DNA from: Escherichia phage EC_OE_11
Strand: one strand, 5' to 3'
Sequence record: OQ108497.1
DNA: 64,000 nucleotides
Shown here one piece after another: positions 1 to 9,542 of the stretch. Each line of letters starts with the position of its first letter. The first letter of the stretch is position 1. The position numbers were made by a program, and so were the translations under genes. The notes below the pieces were generated by a model, which worked only from the letters and a program-made list of their open reading frames with translations, searched no databases and had not been told where the DNA came from.

Positions 1-64
1 AGTAATCTACACTTTCGTCATTAAGCAAGTTGTTACTTTCAATGTCGAAAGTAAAAGCTCCCAT
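1..64 (-). CDS. hypothetical protein, N-terminal fragment (gene runs off window start)
   Basis: Minus-strand ATG at 62-64 preceded by AAGGAGGGAG SD at 69-78; frame open to position 1. Confidence 0.4.
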   Translation of the reverse strand, partial: MGAFTFDIESNNLLNDESVDY

Positions 65-131
65 TCTCCCTCCTTAAAATATTTCTAAAGTCTTAATTTG
101 TTAATACTGTACCATAAATTAATTGTTTTGT

Positions 132-150
132 AAAGGGGCTTTCGCCCCTT
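132..150 (-). terminator. GC stem-loop aaaGGGGCtttcGCCCCtt, probable intrinsic terminator
   Basis: 5-bp GC stem with 4-nt loop just downstream of the 155..550 gene; near-identical hairpin recurs at 61091-61109. Confidence 0.45.
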
Positions 151-154
151 CTTG

Positions 155-550
155 TTATTTATTGTCAGCACTTAATTGTACTTTAATAAGGCAATTAGGG
201 ACACCATTGGTATTTCTCAAGCCTACACGGTCAATTTTAACTGTTCCTGTTAAGCCACTAAAAGTGGAAACAATGTTATTAATGTTTTCATCCTTACTAG
301 CGATATCAAGAACAACTTTATCACTAACATTTTTCAGCATACGATCTACAAGCTCTCCCACAAAACCACTGGTAGTTTGAATGAGAAGGTATAGGCAACC
401 ATCCTCAAACCACAAATGTTCACCATAAGCATAACCATATGGTTCTAACTCCGATCCATCTTGAAATTTAAACTTAGCAACAGTTTTCGTATAATCATAC
501 CCTAACGCAGAAGGGGATACCCCATAGAGGATGTTTTCGTTGTCTTTCAT
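155..550 (-). CDS. hypothetical protein
   Basis: 131-aa ORF, abuts primase-helicase gene; no recognisable motif. Confidence 0.55.
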   Translation of the reverse strand: MKDNENILYGVSPSALGYDYTKTVAKFKFQDGSELEPYGYAYGEHLWFEDGCLYLLIQTTSGFVGELVDRMLKNVSDKVVLDIASKDENINNIVSTFSGLTGTVKIDRVGLRNTNGVPNCLIKVQLSADNK

Positions 551-559
551 ATTTTCTCC

Positions 560-2332
560 TTAATAAGAACCAGCAGGAATATTCTCTGGGTTACTTGTGT
601 ATTGATCGTAATCGTGAAGTGTAGCTGTTTTAATCTCATAGAAGAAACTACCTGCTGCACCAGTCTCTGAGAACTCACGATTCTTTAGAATGTAGCAATA
701 TGTGCGGTTACGTTCCATAGGATCTTCAGCTTGTTTATCACGCTCCAGCGCAATTGTGATACCAGCACCTTTAGCAAGGAAGCTACTACCCATTGCATCA
801 TCTTCTACAATATGTTCATTGCTATTGTTAGAAGACTTTTTAACGTGTGAAATTACAACAATGGTGATTGCGTACTCTTTCATAATGCGTTTGAGCCACG
901 TCGCAAGTTCCTCTTGTTGTGACACGTCCATACCAGAAAGCAAGTCAGAATAAGGGTCGATAACAAGAATGGTTACTCCGAAATAAATAATCATTTCCAG
1001 AACCTTCTCTTTAATCACATCTACGTTAGCTCCACGATCATCACAAACATAGAAACGTGGTGTTCCATCTTCTCGTTCGTAAAAATCACGAATCTTTTCT
1101 TCATTATCTTTTAAAATCTTTTCCTTCTCTTCTTTCGTTTTACGGTGAAGAGGGATATGCAAGAATGAAGACAGTAAGTTACGAGAATACTTCTTATACG
1201 TTGCCTCCAAAGATAAAATACCAAGAGTATGTTCTGGGTGTGCAAGAATAATGTGCTTCGTAATCTCGTTAACCAACAGTGTCTTACCGATACTTGTTTT
1301 TGCAAGTATAACAGTAATTTCTTCTTCTACCAAGCCTCCACCTAACATATTAGAAGCAACACGCATGAATGGAGGAAGGGTGATCATTTTAGCTTCCAGG
1401 CATTCCAGGGCTGCTTCGTACAGTACGTTAGAAGCATAAACACCAGCAGGTGTGTACAGTTTAGCTTTGAAAAAGCGATCAATAAAGTGATCAATTTTTC
1501 CTTCTACTAACGCTTGGTTAGGATCTTTAACATCCGTTAGTTCCATCACGTAAACTTTATTACGTGGTAAGATTTTAACACATTTCTCAACTGCTGCACG
1601 TCCAGCTTCATCATTGTCCATACATAGAACAATCTTTTTAAATTGATCTAAGAATTTATAACGATGTTGAAGCTGCTTATGCAGAGATGTTTCGCCACAA
1701 GTACCAGATACTACAGCAGGAACAGGATATTTACCACCCTTGTTATAATCTTTTAGCATCTGTGTTGCAGCCAGCATATCGTGTTCACCACCAACGATTA
1801 GAATAGTACCGCTGTGGTTACGATATTTAAACTCCCCAAAAAGATCACAATCCTTTCCTGTTTCACCGATAGGATGCGAAAAATCTTTTGGATCGATACG
1901 TTGTTTATACCCAGCAATATTGTAATCTTTAGTTGTAGGGTATAGTGTTGAAATTACTTCGCCAGTAGCTTCATCGTACATATAGCGTACACCGAAAGGC
2001 TTAGAGATATCTTCACGAATACCACGATAACCTTTTGGATTAGTTCCAGTGCTGGCTTTTAGCTTATCATGCACTTCTGGATTAAACTCACTACCCAAGA
2101 TATCCTCCTCTTCAATTTCTTCGCCGTGTGCATTTAACCATTTTTGATCAGGGATAGTAAAGCCACAAGAAAAACAATGTGCGCCTCGATGGTCTTCATC
2201 GGCATCTAAGCCATATACCATTAAATTGTTTTGTGATCGATCACGTCCTCCTTTCATACAACGAGGACACCCAGTATGTCCTTCTTGACTTAGATCAATG
2301 TTATACCCATATTTATTTACAACATAAGACAC
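560..2332 (-). CDS. DNA primase/helicase (T7 gp4-like: zinc ribbon + TOPRIM + DnaB-type helicase)
   Basis: N-terminal CPRC..CFSCG zinc ribbon, TOPRIM-like GGEHD and DNDEAG motifs, Walker A AKTSIGKT, 590 aa. Confidence 0.85.
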   Translation of the reverse strand: MSYVVNKYGYNIDLSQEGHTGCPRCMKGGRDRSQNNLMVYGLDADEDHRGAHCFSCGFTIPDQKWLNAHGEEIEEEDILGSEFNPEVHDKLKASTGTNPKGYRGIREDISKPFGVRYMYDEATGEVISTLYPTTKDYNIAGYKQRIDPKDFSHPIGETGKDCDLFGEFKYRNHSGTILIVGGEHDMLAATQMLKDYNKGGKYPVPAVVSGTCGETSLHKQLQHRYKFLDQFKKIVLCMDNDEAGRAAVEKCVKILPRNKVYVMELTDVKDPNQALVEGKIDHFIDRFFKAKLYTPAGVYASNVLYEAALECLEAKMITLPPFMRVASNMLGGGLVEEEITVILAKTSIGKTLLVNEITKHIILAHPEHTLGILSLEATYKKYSRNLLSSFLHIPLHRKTKEEKEKILKDNEEKIRDFYEREDGTPRFYVCDDRGANVDVIKEKVLEMIIYFGVTILVIDPYSDLLSGMDVSQQEELATWLKRIMKEYAITIVVISHVKKSSNNSNEHIVEDDAMGSSFLAKGAGITIALERDKQAEDPMERNRTYCYILKNREFSETGAAGSFFYEIKTATLHDYDQYTSNPENIPAGSY

Positions 2333-2344
2333 ATGATTCTCCTA

Positions 2345-2614
2345 CTAAAATGATTCGTTTGTCTCCATAATATATTGCATTTCCAAATCTTCCATATGTT
2401 TCTTAAATTGGTAAACAATTTCCGATGGGGAAATATCTATATCAAAAAGTTCTTTTGTACCAGAATAAAACCTAATACCATCAACAATAAGACCACCATA
2501 ATAATCCCAATCACTTTCTCGTGAGAAAGGATTAGGTTCTTCATAATAGTAATCTACTTCAACAATAATAGGTTCTTTATTATCTTGTTTATACTCAAAA
2601 TCAAAAGTGTTCAT
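2345..2614 (-). CDS. hypothetical protein
   Basis: 89-aa ORF coupled to downstream gene. Confidence 0.5.
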   Translation of the reverse strand: MNTFDFEYKQDNKEPIIVEVDYYYEEPNPFSRESDWDYYGGLIVDGIRFYSGTKELFDIDISPSEIVYQFKKHMEDLEMQYIMETNESF

Positions 2615-3558
2615 TATAAATCCTCGATAAGCAGTCTGCGGGTTTCATTTAAATCATCAATATTGTAGTTATCTCTTACATACTTAGCAAGAGCCAATCC
2701 TTTCTCAATACAAACATCAGGAGATTCGATTAAGTATTCTACAATATCTTTCCACTCTTTAACTGAATCAGCAAAGAAGATTAGATCTTTAAACTCTTCA
2801 GTATAATAGTTCTCTCGTGGTGAACAAACGAGTGGCAAACCTTTAGCACCAGCTTCAAGAATTTTTAAATTACTTTTGGCATTATTAAAATGATTATTTA
2901 CTAATGGAGCTATGGAGATTTGATGACCATCGTATGCTTCCATATAGCACTCATAAGGACGAATACCTTCGTAAACACAATCTGGTTGAATATCTTCTTT
3001 AATTTGCAACCATTGAGCACTACTTAACTCTTCATGATCTCTACGAAATCCACATAAAGTTAAATCTTTACCAAAACTAGGAAGAATAGCTAAATCATGT
3101 TTATGTGTTTCACTTCCCGCCCAAACCAGTGGACTTTTAGAATAACGATCTTTCGTAAGAACAAACTGTCCTTCATCAAAAGGTAGTCCATTAGGCACAA
3201 TATGTACATTATCATTGTATTGGCTTAATTCAACCTTTAATGCTGGAGTTGTTGTAGTTACAAGATCGCTTCTTTCAAGGAACCATTTTAGATCATCTCG
3301 GATTTGATTTTCAAATAATCCTTCAAGCATATGTCCTTCAGGAATAATTAAAGAATCATCCAAATCCATTACCAATTTAAACCCAAGTTGTTTAAGAGCC
3401 AGGAAACCTGGCTTTCCACGGGTTGGTACTCCATTGAACACAAAAATATTATGCTTAGGATTAATGGTCAGTTTGCGTTTATATGGCAAAATGATTCTAT
3501 GAAAATCACATACACTATACTTTTCATTTCCGCGTGTGTCAAGAATAATATTAGGCAT
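2614..3558 (-). CDS. glycosyltransferase, GT-B-like (paralog 1)
   Basis: C-terminal KSNLKILEAGAKGLPLVCSP motif typical of GT1/GT4-type enzymes; paralogous to 3570..4544. Confidence 0.55.
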   Translation of the reverse strand: MPNIILDTRGNEKYSVCDFHRIILPYKRKLTINPKHNIFVFNGVPTRGKPGFLALKQLGFKLVMDLDDSLIIPEGHMLEGLFENQIRDDLKWFLERSDLVTTTTPALKVELSQYNDNVHIVPNGLPFDEGQFVLTKDRYSKSPLVWAGSETHKHDLAILPSFGKDLTLCGFRRDHEELSSAQWLQIKEDIQPDCVYEGIRPYECYMEAYDGHQISIAPLVNNHFNNAKSNLKILEAGAKGLPLVCSPRENYYTEEFKDLIFFADSVKEWKDIVEYLIESPDVCIEKGLALAKYVRDNYNIDDLNETRRLLIEDL

Positions 3559-3569
3559 ATCGCTCCTTA

Positions 3570-4544
3570 TTAAAGACTTTCAATAACTTGACGACGCAGT
3601 TCATTGGCATCTGCAAGATTATAATTAAGACGAACGTGTTCTGCAAGCATCATACCACGATCTTCTGTGTATCTAGGGTTTCTCATTAGCTTAACAACTT
3701 CATAATGCCAAGATGCTTTAGAGTCTGCATAGATAACAGCCTTTGCATCTACCGGATTGAAGTACGGCAGCACAGGAGAACAGATAATAGGAAGACCCTT
3801 TGCACCTGCTTCCAAAATCTTCAAATTGCTTTTACAATTGTTGAAGTCGTTATCTACCAGAGGAGCAATTGCAATACTGTGACCGTCATACACAGACATA
3901 TACTCACCTAAATTTTTAATAGCTGGTTTATACTGTGCATTTGGAATTTTACGTTTTACTTTAACCCACTCCGCAGTAGTTAGATACTGACTATTATTTC
4001 CAACAGGTGCAGAAGGATACACTTCATACCCTGCAATTGTCAATAGTGTATCATCAAATGTATTAGCTACAAGAGATAAATCAGGCTCATGGCTTGCTCC
4101 TCCAGCCCAAATAATAGGTGTGTCAGAATAACGGTCTTTTGTCAAAGTAAATTGACCTTCGTCGTAAGGTAGTGCGTTTCTAATAACGACAACATTACGA
4201 TTTAAATGACGAATTTTGTAAGCTAGGTATTCTGTTGTTACTGTAACAACATCTGCTAACTTAACCATCTCTACAATAGTCTTTGAATGATTAGTAAATA
4301 CGCCAGCCATATAATGTTCAGGATTAAGTGAATAAAAGTCATCTAAATCAACAATAATCTTAACACCTTGTGCCTTCAGGCGTTTAACTTCGTCTGCCCC
4401 ATGAGAATACACTCTATTAAAAACTAAAACGTCTTTCTTAGGTTTAAACGTATTTCCAGCAAATGGCATTACAATACGATGGTAATCACAACCACTGCCT
4501 AACTTATTATCACACTTAAGTACAGGAGTATTAGGATTTACCAT
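3570..4544 (-). CDS. glycosyltransferase, GT-B-like (paralog 2)
   Basis: Same KSNLKILEAGAKGLP motif and shared N-terminal CD(Y/F)HRI motif; start moved to ATG at 4544 with GAGGAGG SD. Confidence 0.55.
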   Translation of the reverse strand: MVNPNTPVLKCDNKLGSGCDYHRIVMPFAGNTFKPKKDVLVFNRVYSHGADEVKRLKAQGVKIIVDLDDFYSLNPEHYMAGVFTNHSKTIVEMVKLADVVTVTTEYLAYKIRHLNRNVVVIRNALPYDEGQFTLTKDRYSDTPIIWAGGASHEPDLSLVANTFDDTLLTIAGYEVYPSAPVGNNSQYLTTAEWVKVKRKIPNAQYKPAIKNLGEYMSVYDGHSIAIAPLVDNDFNNCKSNLKILEAGAKGLPIICSPVLPYFNPVDAKAVIYADSKASWHYEVVKLMRNPRYTEDRGMMLAEHVRLNYNLADANELRRQVIESL

Positions 4545-5217
4545 ATTTTTGAGCCTCCTCATAAGAGATAAAAGTTTTACCATTGCGAAGATCCTCCAGT
4601 GATTGTTTATATTGTTCCCAGTTTACACCAATCCCCTGTTCTTTCTCTTCTTTTGACAGATTCGCAAAAGGTAAAGGATTGTCTCCAAACACATCGTCAG
4701 GATGGATAAACGCCATAATTCGAATAGGACATGGTACGCCTGGAATACCTCGGTTCAAACCTGCCAGCGGAACGCGCTGAATCCACTCTGCATCTTCATA
4801 CCCATAACCGTGGGTGTATGAGCGGAAATAGCCAGCTTTCTCAATAACTGCACGGGAATACATACCAAACTGGCACATCCCTAGTTCCCAAATAACCACT
4901 TCTCCTTCAATACCTTTTACTTTATCTTTAAAGTATTCAGGCATACCAAAGAAATCCCAACCATTTTCTTTTGCCTGTTTTACAAAATATGTTTCCCAAC
5001 CTGGAACAACAGGATAACAATCATCATCAAAAATAAACCAGTAGTCATACCCTTCATCATAAAACTTTTTCATCAGTTCATTACGGGCATATGCAACACC
5101 TTTTCGTTCCCGATCATACTGCACAACAAAAGTAGCATTAGGATCAGTCACAAGATAATCTTTAAGAGGACGCTTACCTACAGTAATAACACCAACACCG
5201 ATTTTTGTATTTTCCAA
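4531..5217 (-). CDS. glycosyltransferase, GT-A-like (DxD motif)
   Basis: WFIFDDDCYP DxD-type motif, 228 aa. Confidence 0.5.
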   Translation of the reverse strand: MENTKIGVGVITVGKRPLKDYLVTDPNATFVVQYDRERKGVAYARNELMKKFYDEGYDYWFIFDDDCYPVVPGWETYFVKQAKENGWDFFGMPEYFKDKVKGIEGEVVIWELGMCQFGMYSRAVIEKAGYFRSYTHGYGYEDAEWIQRVPLAGLNRGIPGVPCPIRIMAFIHPDDVFGDNPLPFANLSKEEKEQGIGVNWEQYKQSLEDLRNGKTFISYEEAQKYGKS

Positions 5218-5226
5218 AATAACTCC

Positions 5227-5790
5227 TTAAATAATTTTATTCATGTCTTGACAATGTAAAAGGTGTGAAACAGCTTTCCTAGGATCATCACTACCTAAAC
5301 GGTATGTGTGAAATAAATATAACCCACGTAATAAACCTAGCCTTTTGTTGTTAGCATGTAATGCTTTAGAGAAAATTATATCAAATTGTATTGACCTTTC
5401 CTCAAAAGGGATTTCATTCCACAGGCTCTTACGAAAGAGAAGAAAGAATCCTGCTAAGATAGCATCTGTAGGTACTTCCTCTATTGAGTTTCCCCATTCT
5501 AGATGTGCTCTTTTTGCAATTTCAATGTGGTGTAATATATTTGGATCTTCACTTCTTTCATTATTAAATAATTGATATGTTGATCCCAGTCTATTACAAG
5601 ATGCACCAAGAACATCAAAATCAGGATTTGAACGGACTATTGATTCCAACCAAGCAGGTTGTTCTGGAAGAAGAAACATTGTATCAATGTCTCTTAGGCA
5701 AATCCAACTATCTTCTGGTAAGACACTTATTGTGTCATTGATACCTTTTCCAATATCTCCAGAAAGATAGGGAGTTATGTGAAATATCAT
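5227..5790 (-). CDS. hypothetical protein (possibly glycosyltransferase-associated)
   Basis: 187-aa ORF in glycosyltransferase cluster. Confidence 0.45.
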   Translation of the reverse strand: MIFHITPYLSGDIGKGINDTISVLPEDSWICLRDIDTMFLLPEQPAWLESIVRSNPDFDVLGASCNRLGSTYQLFNNERSEDPNILHHIEIAKRAHLEWGNSIEEVPTDAILAGFFLLFRKSLWNEIPFEERSIQFDIIFSKALHANNKRLGLLRGLYLFHTYRLGSDDPRKAVSHLLHCQDMNKII

Positions 5791-5847
5791 ACTCCCTCCG
5801 TATTATTACTTTAGCATTTTTAGACTAAAAAGTCCAAATGGTTTTAC

Positions 5848-6042
5848 CTATTGATTACGTTTTGCGAGTTCCATTTGGATAGCTAAACTGTGATCTCGTG
5901 CTTCCATATACTCTTTATATGTTTCATTAAGATGATCACGACAAACATCACGCAGTTTAATCAGTTTATCTGTAGGGATACCACTAAGATCATCCCAAGA
6001 CTTTACAACTTCACCAGTATCATTGATCCCAATGGTTTTCAT
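5848..6042 (-). CDS. hypothetical protein
   Basis: 64-aa ORF. Confidence 0.4.
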   Translation of the reverse strand: MKTIGINDTGEVVKSWDDLSGIPTDKLIKLRDVCRDHLNETYKEYMEARDHSLAIQMELAKRNQ

Positions 6043-6298
6043 CTACAACCTCCTTAATTGCTACAGCACAGTTTTTGCAGATACACTGCCCTTTACCTTT
6101 AGAAATCTGGATGTAAGGTTCATTTTCATTTTCGCCCTTACGTGAGTCATATATTACAGAATTGAAGCACACAACGCAAATATTTTTTAAGATTGTATAC
6201 TTATCAACTTTCTTTTTTGTTTTAAAGTTAACTTCAATAACATCAGCCATCAGTGTAACACTCCCAGTATGTTGTTTTGTGACATAACCATAGAACAT
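6020..6298 (-). CDS. hypothetical protein, Cys-rich (zinc-finger-like)
   Basis: CVVC...CICKNC cysteine pairs. Confidence 0.45.
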   Translation of the reverse strand: MFYGYVTKQHTGSVTLMADVIEVNFKTKKKVDKYTILKNICVVCFNSVIYDSRKGENENEPYIQISKGKGQCICKNCAVAIKEVVDENHWDQ

Positions 6299-6528
6299 TC
6301 AACATTATCGTGACTACGTGAAAAACGTTCCCAAACATCTTCATCGACTCGTAAAGCTATACAAGGATAGACGTTATCATTGATCATTTCAATTGAATAA
6401 ACATCCACATTGTCTTCGTCTTCGATGAACATCATTGCAAACTGTTCTAAATGTTTCCTAATGTAATGTACATCCTCTTCTGTAAGACCAATAACAAGAT
6501 AACTTGCAACGATAACGCCATCTTTCAT
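6250..6528 (-). CDS. hypothetical protein
   Basis: 92-aa ORF. Confidence 0.45.
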   Translation of the reverse strand: MKDGVIVASYLVIGLTEEDVHYIRKHLEQFAMMFIEDEDNVDVYSIEMINDNVYPCIALRVDEDVWERFSRSHDNVECSMVMSQNNILGVLH

Positions 6529-6538
6529 CTATATCTCC

Positions 6539-7048
6539 TTAGCGATAGAATTGATGTTCTTTGTAGCGGTACACTAGAACCATATCTTTTTCCCAGTGTG
6601 CTTTTATTGTAGATTTTTTAAAGTATAATGCGCCTTTTGTAATATCTAATGCAATTCGTAATTCTGGAAAATGGTTATCGAGATAAAGTAGACGTTCTGC
6701 TATAGCCTTAGCTTCCTTCCACTTATCGTGTTCCATAACATTGAATGTCTTCGTGTAAGAGAATTGTCCTTTTTGAAACAAAACTTCTTTTATAGTATCA
6801 GGGAAATATGAATCTCTCGCCCTATTCAATACTACATTACCAACAGCAGACATACCGCGCTTTCCTTGATTACGACTTTCTGCATAGATTGCACAAGCTA
6901 ATAGATTTTCTTTACTATCACGCTTTGTACACTTGTGAACTACTTTAGCAGTTTTTACGTTTGCAGCTTCGGCTTGCGCCACAACAGGTGTAAATGTAAA
7001 AGCAGTTAAGGATAGTAACGCAATTGCGACAAAGGTTTTTATTGACAA
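6539..7048 (-). CDS. SleB-like cell wall hydrolase with N-terminal signal/SAR sequence (candidate endolysin)
   Basis: Signal-like N-terminus then CAIYAESRNQG...VGNVVLNRARD...QFSY motifs of SleB/Hydrolase_2 family. Confidence 0.75.
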   Translation of the reverse strand: MSIKTFVAIALLSLTAFTFTPVVAQAEAANVKTAKVVHKCTKRDSKENLLACAIYAESRNQGKRGMSAVGNVVLNRARDSYFPDTIKEVLFQKGQFSYTKTFNVMEHDKWKEAKAIAERLLYLDNHFPELRIALDITKGALYFKKSTIKAHWEKDMVLVYRYKEHQFYR

Positions 7049-7111
7049 ACTTGCCTCCTATTTTGTTAAACGAACTTTTATTGTAACACAGAAGAGGCTG
7101 TTTTGCAAGTG

Positions 7112-7130
7112 GAGGGGGATAATCCCCCTC
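7112..7130 (-). terminator. GC stem-loop (possible terminator or RNA-stability hairpin)
   Basis: GAGGGGG-ataat-CCCCCTC hairpin downstream of 7141..7755; weak U-tract. Confidence 0.35.
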
Positions 7131-7140
7131 TTAGACTCTG

Positions 7141-7755
7141 TTAGATATTGTAAACCTTTGTATGAGTTACTACACCATCTTCTACAAAATCAATACGTTC
7201 TTGATCCGTAACTAGTGCAGACAACACTTTAAATTTAATTTTTACACGTTCAAAAGCTGGTTGACCATCTTTAAGATAATTATGTTCAGTTGTCACTGTC
7301 TTGTTTACAAAATCAACTTTTGCTTTACCGTTTTCGCGCAAATGGAATGTTTTCCCTGCTTTATACACAATTTCAACATTACCTTCAAGAGTAATTCCTT
7401 CAAAAAGTTCACCCTCGTCTTCATTTTCTTCTTCATTTTCTTCACTTTTGAACAGACGACGAAACTCTTCCATATCAAGATAAACAACATCTTCAGAATG
7501 ACTATCAGTAAGGTATGTCCTACCATCCATTAACCCGAAATATTGCCAGATTGCAGAATAAACATCACAAGTTGATCCTGCGGTTTCCTTTAGTTTAGTT
7601 CCACGGATTACTTCATAAACTTCAAAATTGAAACCAGATTGCAAAGCATTAAACAGTACATCACTAACCTCAAAAGCATAATCTTTATTGCTGTTAATAT
7701 CTACAAGAAAATTGCCACTGCGAATAAGTTTTTTACCTTCTAAAGTAATACCCAT
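7141..7755 (-). CDS. hypothetical protein (acidic stretch)
   Basis: 204-aa ORF with AGAGGAG SD; EENEEENEDEGE run. Confidence 0.55.
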   Translation of the reverse strand: MGITLEGKKLIRSGNFLVDINSNKDYAFEVSDVLFNALQSGFNFEVYEVIRGTKLKETAGSTCDVYSAIWQYFGLMDGRTYLTDSHSEDVVYLDMEEFRRLFKSEENEEENEDEGELFEGITLEGNVEIVYKAGKTFHLRENGKAKVDFVNKTVTTEHNYLKDGQPAFERVKIKFKVLSALVTDQERIDFVEDGVVTHTKVYNI

Positions 7756-7782
7756 TGTTTTCTCCTCTTTTATTTCGAATAT

Positions 7783-7798
7783 GCGCCCCGAAGGGCGC
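7783..7798 (-). terminator. GC stem-loop (possible terminator or processing hairpin)
   Basis: GCGCCC-cgaa-GGGCGC hairpin downstream of TerD-like gene; weak U-tract. Confidence 0.35.
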
Positions 7799-7807
7799 TA
7801 TGATTTA

Positions 7808-8404
7808 TTACTCGAACCAATCGTCGCCAGCGCCAAACGCTTTAACTACATCGTAAATGTCAAGCCCAGCTTTACCTACACCATATGCTTTCAGTTTCCA
7901 TTCGCTATCTTCTCGCACCAGGGAGGCAACGTGGCAAATGGTGTTACCTGCAAGTTCTGGAGCCAAGAAGTCAAAGTCCAGCAGTTCAACATTACGTTCA
8001 TCATCGAAGATTTTAAGGAAACCTTCGGTAGCGTGACCAAGGCGTTTCTTACCCGTTTCGTCATCAATAGTAATTACGAATGCAATTTCCTGTGCTTCAG
8101 CAGAGATATTATCCAGTGTAACATCAATCTGCTCCATTTGTCCTACACCGTCACGAACATCTTCACCTGCAAAAGTAGAACGTTCAGGATCAAATTTCTG
8201 CGCGTAGCATACCAGGTGGCGAGGAGACAACAGTTCCGGCAGACCAGATGCGTTGTGTCGGCAAATCAGAGCACTAACATCCAGATCCAGTTTTTCGTTA
8301 GATTTCCAAGAGAATTCCAGACGAATGCGTTTCAGTGCTGGTGCGATCTTTTTCAGAGAAACTTTTTCGCTAGAACCTTTTTTCAGGGAAATTTTCTGAG
8401 TCAT
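7808..8404 (-). CDS. terD: TerD-domain protein (tellurite-resistance/stress family)
   Basis: Alignable to TerD consensus: ISLKKG..VSL, LDLDVSAL, EIAFVITIDD, SEWKLKAYGVG; AAGGAG SD. Confidence 0.8.
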   Translation of the reverse strand: MTQKISLKKGSSEKVSLKKIAPALKRIRLEFSWKSNEKLDLDVSALICRHNASGLPELLSPRHLVCYAQKFDPERSTFAGEDVRDGVGQMEQIDVTLDNISAEAQEIAFVITIDDETGKKRLGHATEGFLKIFDDERNVELLDFDFLAPELAGNTICHVASLVREDSEWKLKAYGVGKAGLDIYDVVKAFGAGDDWFE

Positions 8405-8476
8405 AATTTATTATCTCCTTTGTTGTTAATTTACGTTGTCTATTTTACTAATCTTTTCTACAAAGTCAAGCGTTTT

Positions 8477-9271
8477 TTACGCTTTTGCTCCAAATTTTTT
8501 AACCCACTCGCCAAACTCTTCGGATAACAGTTTATCGTAAAGTTCTTCATCAGACAAGGACAAATCTGCAATACCGATAAAATCAACATTATCGTACTCT
8601 TTTGCCAAGTCTTTCAGGAATTTAAAGTTTGCATTACCTACACCAACCATAAACCAGTAAACAGGTGTATTGCGGTGTTTGTTCAGCAAGCTACGTACTG
8701 CTGAAGTATCCATGTTCTCCCCGTCAGTTTGGAAGAAAATCATTGCAGGAGTACGATCAACTTGTGCATTAGTATCTACAACCTGTTCTACAACAGTACG
8801 TGTAACTTGTACAAGTTCTTTTTTACCAGTTAGTTTAGCAAGGAAACCTTTAGCCGGAACTTCTTCATACTCAACGACTTCGCGTGTAATATTTTTCATA
8901 GGTACACTGCCGAAGTATGTATCATAAATCTCTTGCATTACTGGAGCATAAGCTGTACCACCGTTGATGCAAACATTAGACATGCAAGAGCCGACATAAT
9001 CATCATACACATCAGCCGTTGCAGGAGGCAGTTCAAAAGAAGAACTATTGAAAGCCCACATGTCAATCTGTGCATTATCATCAAACTTCATACCAAACGG
9101 CAGCAGTTTACCTACAAAATCACTAACAGTGCCATCACGATACAGTTCACACATACTGCCCGAAATATCTAAGGCGCTACCGACACGAAGAACAACATCG
9201 TTAATCTTTTTCTTACGCAGAGATACAGTAAGAGTTTCTTGACGTTTTTTAAGACTGATTTTATTGGACAT
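8477..9271 (-). CDS. von Willebrand factor A domain protein (TerY-like)
   Basis: MIDAS-type DISGSM, GGTAY and FFQTDGE motifs; adjacent to TerD gene. Confidence 0.65.
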   Translation of the reverse strand: MSNKISLKKRQETLTVSLRKKKINDVVLRVGSALDISGSMCELYRDGTVSDFVGKLLPFGMKFDDNAQIDMWAFNSSSFELPPATADVYDDYVGSCMSNVCINGGTAYAPVMQEIYDTYFGSVPMKNITREVVEYEEVPAKGFLAKLTGKKELVQVTRTVVEQVVDTNAQVDRTPAMIFFQTDGENMDTSAVRSLLNKHRNTPVYWFMVGVGNANFKFLKDLAKEYDNVDFIGIADLSLSDEELYDKLLSEEFGEWVKKFGAKA

Positions 9272-9272
9272 A

Positions 9273-9542
9273 TTATTTCTCCTTTCTGAGTGTAATGTTA
9301 GTAACTTCTAAATCCACTTCTACTACTTCTGTATCATATAAAATACAGTTAAGTTGACCTCTTTGTGAACCATTCAGACACATTGCTTGGTTTGTATTAA
9401 CCTTAATAAACACTAAGTTTCTGAACGTATCTAAACCAGCATCTTGATAGGCAACATAATATACGAATGTATCACCTGCGTCAAGTTCTCCAAAAGATTT
9501 AGGTTCATCTGATTTGTCGTCTTTGATATTAAATTTAAGCAC
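9273..9542 (-). CDS. hypothetical protein
   Basis: 89-aa ORF. Confidence 0.45.
   Translation of the reverse strand: MLKFNIKDDKSDEPKSFGELDAGDTFVYYVAYQDAGLDTFRNLVFIKVNTNQAMCLNGSQRGQLNCILYDTEVVEVDLEVTNITLRKEK

Noticed and set aside
123-380. 85-aa plus-strand ORF from the track
   Set aside because: Antisense to the 155..550 gene and spans the terminator hairpin; no SD; looks like a shadow ORF.
7688-8527. 279-aa plus-strand ORF from the track
   Set aside because: Lies antisense across the TerD-like gene and its flanks; low-complexity hydrophobic translation and no SD; the minus-strand TerD reading is far better supported.
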